40,374 bases of DNA, taken from positions 1 through 40,374 of the forward strand of contig JALNYL010000009.1 in NCBI GenBank assembly GCA_023229865.1, in the 5' to 3' direction. This document shows positions 1-7,693 of this stretch, in pieces. The DNA comes from Minisyncoccota bacterium (lineage in GTDB: Bacteria > Patescibacteriota > Minisyncoccia > Phycocordibacterales > UBA1550). Positions within the stretch are counted from its first letter, which is position 1; every line of letters begins with the position of its first letter. Below the pieces are notes generated by a model. That model saw only the letters and a list, made by a program, of their open reading frames with translations. It had not been told where the DNA came from and did not search any database. Made by a program: the position numbers and the translations under genes.

Positions 1-510
1 GTGCTCCGCTGTCTTGAAGTGGACGATATGAAGCGAATCAGTCTCGGGCAAATATTCGATCCAGTCCACGAGGCCATTCAAGATGATGTTGTGCTCCTCG
101 CTCAAGTAGAAATTGCACGGCATCTTGTCCTGTGGAAGCTTGATGCATTTATTAGGCAAGAAGCGTGGGTCGTTCATCACCTTCTCGATCATCGTCTTGC
201 CACGCGCTTTAAACTCCGCCTCTTCTTCGTCACTCAAAAATCCACCCTTCTTGCCAGAAACTTTTTCCCAGCTCATTTCAAAGAGTTCGAGCAAGTCTCT
301 ATCCATTCGTTCCTCCGACGGGAACTCCGCGAGACCTTCGAGGACTTGATGCACGGCGATACCGAGCGACATGTGCGGTGTCACGAGCGAGACCTTGTGC
401 CCCGTCTTGGGATCCTTGTACATATTGTGCAAGTAGTACGAACGAGGACACTTGAGGAAATCCCCCATCGACGAATGCGAAACCCATACTGCGGTATATT
501 TATCAGCCAT
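1..510 (-). CDS. PD-(D/E)XK nuclease family protein (RecB/AddB-like), 3' part outside window
   Basis: Manual minus-strand translation from ATG at 510: MADKYTAVWVSHSSMGDFLKCPRSYYL...LGIAVHQVLE...LNGLVDWIE...IVHFKT. It has the S.S......CP, G...H and G..D motifs. Not in the ORF track because it runs off the edge. Confidence 0.8.
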   Translation of the reverse strand, partial: MADKYTAVWVSHSSMGDFLKCPRSYYLHNMYKDPKTGHKVSLVTPHMSLGIAVHQVLEGLAEFPSEERMDRDLLELFEMSWEKVSGKKGGFLSDEEEAEFKARGKTMIEKVMNDPRFLPNKCIKLPQDKMPCNFYLSEEHNIILNGLVDWIEYLPETDSLHIVHFKTAEH

Positions 511-532
511 AATTGTTCCTACAATTTACCAC

Positions 533-576
533 AAAAAAGCGCGCAATGGAGGAGCCCCTCCATTGCGCGCTTTTTT
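533..576. terminator. Intrinsic terminator hairpin after pyrG
   Basis: AAAAAAGCGCGCAATGGAGG-agcc-CCTCCATTGCGCGCTTTTTT, a perfect inverted repeat with A/T tracts. Confidence 0.85.
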
Positions 577-582
577 AATGAG

Positions 583-2241
583 TTATTTTGATTTTCCTCT
601 GGTAATCGCTGCCTTCACAAACGCTGAGAAAATAGGGTGCGGAGCAAGTGGTCGCGCCTCAAACTCTGGGTGGAACTGCGTCCCCAAGAAAAATGGGTGC
701 ACACTCGTTGGTAGCTCGGCTATCTCCATCAAGGTTCCATTGGGGGACTTACCCGAGAACACAAGGCCTTCCGCTTCTATCATATTGATGTACTCAGGAT
801 TCACTTCGAAGCGATGACGGTGACGCTCGATCACCTTATCAGCACCGTACGCCTTCTGTGCGATTGTTCCCTTCTTGAGCACTGCAGGGTATGCACCAAG
901 ACGCATACTGCCGCCGAGATTACCCTTCTCAATATTTTCTTTTTGGCCTTCCATAATATCTATCACGAGGTGCTTCGACTTCGGATCAATCTCACGCGAT
1001 GTCGCATCCTTGAGTCCGAGCACGTTGCGCGCGTACTCAATAACAGCAAGCTGCATACCATAACAAATACCAAAGTAAGGAATCTTGTGCTCGCGTGCAA
1101 AACGAATCACATTAAGTATCCCCTCGATACCACGCGACCCGAATCCTCCCGGCACAAGGATGCCATCGAACCCAATAAGCTCTGTAAGGGGCGCCTTCTT
1201 CCCCTCAAAGGTGCTTGCGGTGAGCCATACAAGCTTCGCTTTTTTCCCTTGTGCGATTGCAGAATATTTAATTGCCTCAATAATGGAGAGGTACGAATCC
1301 GAGAGGACAAAGTCTCCTGTATCAAAATACTTCCCCACAACACCGATGCGTACTTCATCTTTCACCCTGTCAGCCTTCCTTGCGAAAGCTTCCCATTCCT
1401 TCCACTTTGCATTTTTGCCACGAGTCTTGAGTTTGAGGCGCTTCAAGATTTTTTCGCCAAGCTTATCCTTTTCGAAGTTACCTGGAATATCATAAATACT
1501 ATCCACGTCAGGCGCCGAGATAACGCTCTCGGGAATCACGTTACAGAAAAGTGCGAGCTTCTCTTTGCGCTTTGCATCGAGGGCCACATCACTGCGGGCA
1601 ATAATAAAGTCTGGCTGAATCCCCGCACTGTTGAGCGCGCGTACGGCGTGCTGTGTCGGTTTGGTCTTCATCTCCCCCACCTTTGACGGTGTTGGTAAAT
1701 AACTCACGATAGCAAAAAGTACATCGACAGGATTTTTAATCTTGAGCATTCTCGCTGTCTCAAGGAAGAGAATGTTTTCGTACTCACCTACTGTACCACC
1801 GACTTCGATGACGACGATTTCCGCATTCGCCTTGTTGCACGCACTGTTGATACGATCAATAACTTCGTAAGGGATATGGGGCACCACCTGCACGCATTTA
1901 CCCTTGTACGCAAGCGCGCGTTCTTTTTGAATAACTGACTGGTACACACGCCCTGTCGTCATATAGTTGTCGCGCGAAAGCGAGGTGCCGAGGAAGCGCT
2001 CGTAGTTCCCCATGTCCTGATCCGTCTCATCACCATCCTTGGTCACAAACACCTCTCCGTGCTCCGTCGGGTTCATCGTGCCCGCATCCACGTTTACATA
2101 CGGATCAATCTTCATCGCCGTCACACGATAACCATGCGACTGAAGGAGCAAACCAATCGAGGATGTCGTCACCCCCTTACCGACTCCAGAAATAACACCT
2201 CCCACTACAAAAATATACTTGCGTGTTTTCCCTTTGGTCAT
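583..2241 (-). CDS. pyrG: CTP synthase
   Basis: KYIFVVGGVISGVGKG, KIDPYVNVDAGTMNPTEHGEVFV, GICYGMQ and QFHPEF motifs; 552 aa. Confidence 0.99.
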   Translation of the reverse strand: MTKGKTRKYIFVVGGVISGVGKGVTTSSIGLLLQSHGYRVTAMKIDPYVNVDAGTMNPTEHGEVFVTKDGDETDQDMGNYERFLGTSLSRDNYMTTGRVYQSVIQKERALAYKGKCVQVVPHIPYEVIDRINSACNKANAEIVVIEVGGTVGEYENILFLETARMLKIKNPVDVLFAIVSYLPTPSKVGEMKTKPTQHAVRALNSAGIQPDFIIARSDVALDAKRKEKLALFCNVIPESVISAPDVDSIYDIPGNFEKDKLGEKILKRLKLKTRGKNAKWKEWEAFARKADRVKDEVRIGVVGKYFDTGDFVLSDSYLSIIEAIKYSAIAQGKKAKLVWLTASTFEGKKAPLTELIGFDGILVPGGFGSRGIEGILNVIRFAREHKIPYFGICYGMQLAVIEYARNVLGLKDATSREIDPKSKHLVIDIMEGQKENIEKGNLGGSMRLGAYPAVLKKGTIAQKAYGADKVIERHRHRFEVNPEYINMIEAEGLVFSGKSPNGTLMEIAELPTSVHPFFLGTQFHPEFEARPLAPHPIFSAFVKAAITRGKSK

Positions 2242-2280
2242 ATTGTTGGTTTATGTTGATCTTTTATTATTAAATTTACG

Positions 2281-3207
2281 TTACTTCAAATACTTACGAA
2301 CCGCTAAATAACTCGACACCGCACCAAGCGCAATCCCCGAGAACACAATGATGAGAAAAATCTGTACAAAGTTTGCGACGAAATAATGGAGTAGATCCAC
2401 GCCGCCATAAAATACCTGCGTTGCATTTTTGAGCCAATACGTGATCGGATAGAAGAGAATGAGTGTGAGGAACGCAGCCACGAGGCCATAGAGGACACCC
2501 TCTACCACAAACGGCATACGGATATACTCGTTGCTTCCTCCCACGAGGCGCATCACGTTGATCTCATCACGCGCGATGAAGATAGCGAGACGAATCGTAT
2601 TGAAGGTAATCAAAACAGAAATACCAATCATAATCGCCGTAATAATACTACCGAGGCGCTTCACTCCTGAAATGATTTTTGAAAGACGCTCAATGGCGAC
2701 CTTGTTGTCGTTGTAATTGACCTTGCTGACGATTGAAAGATTGCTCCCTTCTGAAAGCTCTGATTTATTGGAAAGGAAATTTGCAATACTCTCGTACTGT
2801 GATGGCTCTTTTGCTTTTACCGTGAGAGCTGCAGGGAGTGGATTGTCGCCGATCTCATCAAGCGCCTGGATGATGCGGTGATCGTTTTCGTGGCGTGTAC
2901 GGAAATCCTCAAGCGCCTGAGTGCGTGAAATATAAGTAACTTCTTTTACATCAGGGAGAGACTCGATTTGCTTCTTCAAACTGAGGATAGATTCTTCAGA
3001 AGCTTTTGCATCTACATAAATATTGATATCGATTTTGTCCTGGAGGTCCTTGAGTGCGGTGCCGAGAAATGCGGTAAGGAGAAGCGTAGACGCAATCATA
3101 AAGAGTGCGACGATCATCACAAAGACTGCCGAGAGCGAGACGCTACCATTGCGCCAAAAATTGATGAACCCTGATTTAATAACTCGCTTAGTCGTTGTCC
3201 AAATCAT
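2281..3207 (-). CDS. ftsX: Cell division permease FtsX
   Basis: NFWRN start, NPLPA, NTIRLAI..R..EI.VMRLVG motif, four TM segments; follows ftsE. Confidence 0.95.
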   Translation of the reverse strand: MIWTTTKRVIKSGFINFWRNGSVSLSAVFVMIVALFMIASTLLLTAFLGTALKDLQDKIDINIYVDAKASEESILSLKKQIESLPDVKEVTYISRTQALEDFRTRHENDHRIIQALDEIGDNPLPAALTVKAKEPSQYESIANFLSNKSELSEGSNLSIVSKVNYNDNKVAIERLSKIISGVKRLGSIITAIMIGISVLITFNTIRLAIFIARDEINVMRLVGGSNEYIRMPFVVEGVLYGLVAAFLTLILFYPITYWLKNATQVFYGGVDLLHYFVANFVQIFLIIVFSGIALGAVSSYLAVRKYLK

Positions 3208-3247
3208 AATGTTGTTTGTATTGTAACACGGGTTTCTTTAATTCCCA

Positions 3248-3370
3248 TAGGTCCGACAAAATTGGATGAAATACAAGGCAAAATCAAAGTTTTGACTGAG
3301 ACGTACTTGTCTGTACGTTGAAGAAAAACTTTGATTTTAACGACGTAGTTCGCCGATTTTGTCGGGCTTA
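3248..3370. repeat. ~123 bp imperfect palindrome with TA ends (ERIC/IRU-like unit) between ftsE and ftsX
   Basis: Paired blocks TAGGTCCGACAAAAT/ATTTTGTCGGGCTTA, AAAATCAAAGTTTT/AAAACTTTGATTTT and ACGTAC/GTACGT; the right end overlaps the ftsE stop codon. Confidence 0.75.
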
Positions 3371-4048
3371 CAACGCGTACTTCCCCGTCGAATCATCGCG
3401 AATAATACGTCCATGATCCATCGTAATCACGCGCTTCCCGAGCGCCTCCACCACCCCTTTGTTGTGCGTTGTGAGGATCACGGTCGTCCCCATGTCGTTA
3501 ATCTTCTTCAAAATCTGCACGATTTCGTAGGTGTTGATAGGGTCGAGGTTCCCCGTTGGTTCATCCGCAATGATGAGGTCGGGATGATTCACAATAGCGC
3601 GCGCGATAGCGACACGCTGGAGCTCTCCTCCAGAAAGCTGGCGTGGGAAATTCCACATTTTCTTTGTGAGATCAACGAGCTCAAGCACGTGAGGCACATC
3701 CGAAGCGATTTCTTCATCAGTCTTCCCTGCTACCTCCATAGCGAAGGCGACGTTTTCGTATGCGGTCTTATTGGGAAGAAGGCGGAAATCCTGAAAGATA
3801 ACACCAATGCGGCGGCGGAGCTCTGGCATATCCTTCTTCTTCATTTTCTTGAGGTTTACTGAGTCAAAAGAAACACTTCCTGTCGTTGGATGGTCTTCTC
3901 CCAAGAGAAGCTTCATCAAAGTCGTCTTGCCTGCGCCCGAGTGTCCAACAATGGAAACAAATTCCCCCTGCTTCACCGAGAGTGTGACACCATTGAGGGC
4001 CACGGTCCCATCGGGGTAAGATTTTGAAACATTGTCGAAGTAAATCAT
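3368..4048 (-). CDS. ftsE: Cell division ATP-binding protein FtsE
   Basis: GHSGAGKTT Walker A, LRRRIGVIFQDFRLL, LSGGELQRVAIARA, ADEPTGNLD. Confidence 0.96.
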   Translation of the reverse strand: MIYFDNVSKSYPDGTVALNGVTLSVKQGEFVSIVGHSGAGKTTLMKLLLGEDHPTTGSVSFDSVNLKKMKKKDMPELRRRIGVIFQDFRLLPNKTAYENVAFAMEVAGKTDEEIASDVPHVLELVDLTKKMWNFPRQLSGGELQRVAIARAIVNHPDLIIADEPTGNLDPINTYEIVQILKKINDMGTTVILTTHNKGVVEALGKRVITMDHGRIIRDDSTGKYAL

Positions 4049-4060
4049 TGAGACATTATA

Positions 4061-4945
4061 TTACAATTCACGCTCTGCTTCAATGAATTCCATAATCTCA
4101 CCATCCTCAAGCACCGCGTCAACGTTTGAAGTCTCCACATCCGTGCGATGATCCTTCACCATTTTGTAAGGATGGAGCACGTAGGAACGGATTTGATTCC
4201 CCCATTCAATCTCCGTGGTCTTGGAAATATACATTCCACTCTCTGCCGCCTTCCTCTCGTCATCCTGTTTTTTGAAAAGTTTACCCTTGAGAATCTGGAT
4301 GGCCTTCTCGCGGTTCTGCTCCTGCGAGCGTTCTGTCTCGACATGTACCGCAAGGTTGGTCGGGATATGCACCACGCGCACCGCTGTCTCGCGCTTGTTT
4401 ACGTTTTGCCCCCCAGGGCCCGATGAGCGACTAAATTCGATTCTAATATCATCTGCAGGAATAACGATATCATCACTCCCCTCATCTTTAAAATCAGGAA
4501 TAACCTCCACCATTGAGAACGAGGTATGGCGAAGACTCTTCGCGTTAAAAGGCGAGATGCGCACAAGGCGATGCACACCTGATTCGTTCTTGAGCATGCC
4601 GTACGCGTTTTTGCCGTGAATTTCGAGCGTGATATTGCGATATCCACCGTGATCGTTTTTGTTCTCGTGCAAAAGTTTCACTTCGAAGTTTTGCTTCTCA
4701 AAAAACTTGAGGTACATACGCACGAGCATCCCCGAGAAGTCCTCCGCATCATCGCCACCCGCCCCTGAGAAAATAGTCATCACGGCATTACCACGATCAT
4801 ACTTGCCCACGCCAGCGATTTTTTCTTTGAGCTCGGCGATTTCCTTGATGACCGCCTGCGCGCGCACCTTGTCAGACCAAAAGTCCACCGAGGCCATCTC
4901 TGCCTCAAGTTCTGCTACTTTTGCCTGCATTTCTTCTTTAGACAT
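4061..4945 (-). CDS. prfB: Peptide chain release factor 2 with shortened N-terminal domain
   Basis: ESGVHRLVRISPF (SPF anticodon motif), GPGGQNVNK, WGNQIRSYVLHPYKMVKDHRT; 294 aa. Confidence 0.95.
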   Translation of the reverse strand: MSKEEMQAKVAELEAEMASVDFWSDKVRAQAVIKEIAELKEKIAGVGKYDRGNAVMTIFSGAGGDDAEDFSGMLVRMYLKFFEKQNFEVKLLHENKNDHGGYRNITLEIHGKNAYGMLKNESGVHRLVRISPFNAKSLRHTSFSMVEVIPDFKDEGSDDIVIPADDIRIEFSRSSGPGGQNVNKRETAVRVVHIPTNLAVHVETERSQEQNREKAIQILKGKLFKKQDDERKAAESGMYISKTTEIEWGNQIRSYVLHPYKMVKDHRTDVETSNVDAVLEDGEIMEFIEAEREL

Positions 4946-5063
4946 TTATGACAAGATAATACCAAAATATGGGCCCGATTGACTATTGACAAGTTGTGTT
5001 AATCCTGCTACTATTTATCTTAGTCACTGTATCTTTTGCAACAAAAAAACTTAGGAGAGTATC

Positions 5064-5519
5064 TTGGAAAACGACAAAAACAACACCCTCCCCGACCCTA
5101 AAAAGGGTACGGCGGTTGGGATAGTTATCAACCGCCACACTGGCCAATTTCATCTCGTTTTCAACATCGCTCACAAAAACCCCAAGGCGAAAATCCCGGG
5201 TGGCAGAATGAAACATCGCGAAACAGCGATGACAGCATTCATCCGGGAAATTTGGGAAGAACTAGGACTGAAACTTGAGCCCGAAGATGTCATGACTCTT
5301 TTCAGTCTCCTTGCGGACAATAAGAAGCACTACTATCACGTGTTTGCGGCGCTTGTCGACAACTTTGACGGCGTTCACAAAGAGCCAGTCAAAGACGGCA
5401 AAGACCTTCTCGAGAACAAACTGTACAACGAAATAACAGTAGCAAAAGCGCCACTACTTCTCCAACATTACGTCATTCTGAAAAATATCATCCGAATGAT
5501 CAGAAAGAAAGAAGAGTAA
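5064..5519 (+). CDS. NUDIX hydrolase
   Basis: Nudix box PGGRMKHRETAMTAFIREIWEELGL; TTG start with AGGAGA SD; TTGACA...TGcTACTAT promoter upstream. Confidence 0.85.
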   Translation: MENDKNNTLPDPKKGTAVGIVINRHTGQFHLVFNIAHKNPKAKIPGGRMKHRETAMTAFIREIWEELGLKLEPEDVMTLFSLLADNKKHYYHVFAALVDNFDGVHKEPVKDGKDLLENKLYNEITVAKAPLLLQHYVILKNIIRMIRKKEE

Positions 5520-5522
5520 CGC

Positions 5523-5553
5523 AGGAGCTGGGACACCCCCAGCTCCTTTTTTT
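5523..5553 (+). terminator. Intrinsic terminator of NUDIX gene
   Basis: AGGAGCTGGG-acacc-CCCAGCTCCT followed by a T run. Confidence 0.8.
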
Positions 5554-5614
5554 ATTCAATCCCGGCCTCTAAGAAAAGAAAATGCTCACTAGATGTGAGC
5601 ATTTTCTTTTCTTG

Positions 5615-5687
5615 AGCCAGAGGCCGGGATTGAACCGGCGACCTTCTCGTTACGAGTGAGATGCTCTACCAACTGAGCTACTCTGGC
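5615..5687 (-). tRNA. tRNA-Thr(CGU)
   Basis: GCCAGAGTAGCTCAGTTGGTAGAGCATCTCACT-CGT-AACGAGAAGGTCGCCGGTTCAATCCCGGCCTCTGGCT cloverleaf; no encoded CCA. Confidence 0.93.
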
Positions 5688-5716
5688 TTACCCGGGTAAA
5701 ATACTTTACCCAATTG

Positions 5717-5789
5717 AGCCGATGACCAGGATTGAACTGGTGACCTCGTCCTTACCAAGGACGCACTCTACCAACTGAGCTACATCGGC
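5717..5789 (-). tRNA. tRNA-Thr(GGU)
   Basis: GCCGATGTAGCTCAGTTGGTAGAGTGCGTCCTT-GGT-AAGGACGAGGTCACCAGTTCAATCCTGGTCATCGGCT. Confidence 0.95.
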
Positions 5790-5949
5790 TTATTACTTCT
5801 AGACATAGACTATTGCGGTATTCTTGCAAACCTACCGAAGTTTATGTCCGAGACACGAATCTGGTGATTCGGCTACATCGGCTTATTCTCCTTTCTGGAC
5901 ACTCGGACACAATACACTATTCAAGGGGTTTTTTCAATAAAAGCGGTAT

Positions 5950-6085
5950 TTACCCCGGGGCAAATGTGTAAGCGAAGCGAACACATTTACCGCCCCAGAG
6001 GGGCGGGGTATTATACCCTTGTATTAGCTCCTCGGCTCGGAAATGAGAAAGTGCTCTTTTTCATTTCTCTCGCTCTACGTCGCCA
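5950..6085. repeat. REP-like GC-rich hairpin cluster
   Basis: TACCCCG...CGGGGTA encloses GGCAAATGTGT-aagcgaagcga-ACACATTTACC and GCCCC-aga-GGGGC; a second hairpin GAAATGAGAAAG/CTTTTTCATTTC follows. Confidence 0.6.
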
Positions 6086-6127
6086 ATAAACAAAAGGCCC
6101 CGTTTTGTCGAGGCCTTAAACTATCCT

Positions 6128-6337
6128 TTATTTATTTCGTAAAGCAAAATCAAATCTTTTCATTCGCGCCGCCGCTAAACGGTTTGCTTCCACGAACGCT
6201 GGATTTGATTTCTCTTTTGAGGCACGTCTTGCAAGGGCCTTTCCCAGCTCGCCCTCAAGAAGTTCTTTCCACCGCCTCATTCTGATCCCAGCACGACGAT
6301 TAGCTTCGGCAAAAACTTTTTCGATCCCGTCCATCAC
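6128..6337 (-). CDS. Small basic hypothetical protein
   Basis: 69 aa ORF with AGGGGG SD-like site and a downstream hairpin (6092-6118); internal duplication FAEANR/FVEANR. Confidence 0.6.
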   Translation of the reverse strand: MMDGIEKVFAEANRRAGIRMRRWKELLEGELGKALARRASKEKSNPAFVEANRLAAARMKRFDFALRNK

Positions 6338-6433
6338 ACATCCCCCTATAAAAGAACTTATATAAAGGGTATCACAATTGCATTAAAAACAAAAAAGGCC
6401 GGGGAATTCCCGACCTTGCCACTACTGCTTGTT

Positions 6434-6661
6434 TTATTGCTGATAAACGGGAAACGTTCCCGTCTTGTTCACTTGCCCCCAAGAGGCAGTCTTCGGGCCC
6501 TGGAAGCCGCGATATTTACCGCCCACAGCTTGCGCCAGCTCGGCATTAATATTCGGATCCTGCGCCTTCCCCGATCCATGACAACAAGGGCAAACGGCCC
6601 TGTTCATAGAACCCTTGGAAAGGGCCTTACCGGAACCACCACATTGCGTACATCTCGGCAT
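6434..6661 (-). CDS. Small zinc-finger protein (two DnaJ-type CxxCxGxG repeats)
   Basis: CTQCGGSGK and CPCCHGSGK; GAGGAG SD, TTGACA...TGcTAAAAT promoter, hairpin at about 6391-6417. Confidence 0.75.
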   Translation of the reverse strand: MPRCTQCGGSGKALSKGSMNRAVCPCCHGSGKAQDPNINAELAQAVGGKYRGFQGPKTASWGQVNKTGTFPVYQQ

Positions 6662-6913
6662 AAACTACTCCTCTTTTGTATTAACGATAAAGAACAACTT
6701 CGAACGGCATTTTAGCATATTATAGAAATATGTCAATGCCCCGTTCCCCTACCCAGAATAGGCGAATGGGACTTGGTCACGAGTTACTAAGTCTGCTCGG
6801 ATGATTACATCCTGCGCGGACTAAGTACTCTCGACCCCGGCTCGGCGACAAGCACTCGCTTCGCTCGTCTTGTATACCGCCTGCGCCTTTCAAGTCCCGA
6901 AGCCACAGCAGGG

Positions 6914-6958
6914 ATAAACAAATCCCCCCAATGCGGGGCATTGGGGGGATTTGTTTAT
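6914..6958 (-). terminator. Terminator of the tRNA fMet-Met-Asp cluster
   Basis: ATAAACAAATCCCCCCAATGC-ggg-GCATTGGGGGGATTTGTTTAT, perfect 21 bp stem. Confidence 0.8.
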
Positions 6959-6961
6959 TTG

Positions 6962-7035
6962 CGCGGCGAATGGGACTTGAACCCACGACCTCCCGCGTGA
7001 CAGGCGGGCGCTCTAACCAGCTGAGCTACCACCGC
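6962..7035 (-). tRNA. tRNA-Asp(GUC)
   Basis: GCGGTGGTAGCTCAGCTGGTTAGAGCGCCCGCCT-GTC-ACGCGGGAGGTCGTGGGTTCAAGTCCCATTCGCCGCG; G73 discriminator. Confidence 0.96.
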
Positions 7036-7094
7036 AAATATACTACTTGTGCATTCTAGCAGAAATTTGGAATATTCCAAATTTCAAAACTAGG

Positions 7095-7168
7095 TGTCGA
7101 CGGGAGGGATCGAACCTCCGACCTTATCTTTATGAGTGATATGCTCTAACCAACTGAGCTACGCCGAC
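7095..7168 (-). tRNA. tRNA with CAU anticodon (probably elongator Met; Ile2 not excluded)
   Basis: GTCGGCGTAGCTCAGTTGGTTAGAGCATATCACT-CAT-AAAGATAAGGTCGGAGGTTCGATCCCTCCCGTCGACA; paired 1:72, A31:A39 mismatch. Confidence 0.88.
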
Positions 7169-7269
7169 ATATATTTAATTATCCCCCAGAAAACAATACT
7201 ACCCAATTTTACCCCTTTTTGCAAAAATGCCGACAGGTTGCCGGCATTTTTGCTGTTTTGTACTCCGTG

Positions 7270-7340
7270 TTGCGGGGGCCCGAATCGAACGGGCGTCTTC
7301 AGGTTATGAGCCTGATGAGATACCGCTTCTCTACCCCGCT
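7270..7340 (-). tRNA. Initiator tRNA-fMet(CAU)
   Basis: AGCGGGGTAGAGAAGCGGTATCTCATCAGGCT-CAT-AACCTGAAGACGCCCGTTCGATTCGGGCCCCCGCAA; unpaired 1:72 and purine-11 D-stem typical of initiators. Confidence 0.9.
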
Positions 7341-7537
7341 ATGTTTACTTTCTTACAAACATTAACTGATGTGTCCACACAGCGATAAGATGACGCTTCT
7401 GAACCAGCTGGTTCACCCCGGGTCATACCCGCTATGTTTAATCAGCTTTTTGGGAACTTTTGAACTATACCACTTTCAGCATTTTTTGCAACCCTAAAAA
7501 CAAAAACTGCTGCGGGGGCAGCAGTTCCTAAAGACTT

Positions 7538-7618
7538 CTAGAAAGGAACCTTGATGACACAAGCGGTCAACATTAAAACCAAAATCCCCAAACAAAAGAC
7601 AATCAAAGTTTTTTTCAT
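7538..7618 (-). CDS. 26 aa mini-lipoprotein (signal peptide + lipobox + 7-residue mature peptide)
   Basis: Manual translation MKKTLIVFCLGILVLMLTACVIKVPF*; AAGGAG SD, TTGATT-16-TACCAT promoter, terminator hairpin at 7502-7526. Confidence 0.65.
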   Translation of the reverse strand: MKKTLIVFCLGILVLMLTACVIKVPF

Positions 7619-7693
7619 TTTCAATCTCCTTGAAAATAGAGAAAGGTACCCCTAATAATGGTACCTTTTTGCCATTTTAAATCAATCCCCTCC

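Noticed and set aside
1-591. 196 aa plus-strand ORF in the track
   Set aside because: Antisense shadow of the minus-strand PD-(D/E)XK nuclease; it also crosses a terminator
6761-6979. Prophage or integrative island bounded by tRNA-Asp att repeats
   Set aside because: Only about 190 bp lie between the repeats, and there are no integrase or phage genes in the window
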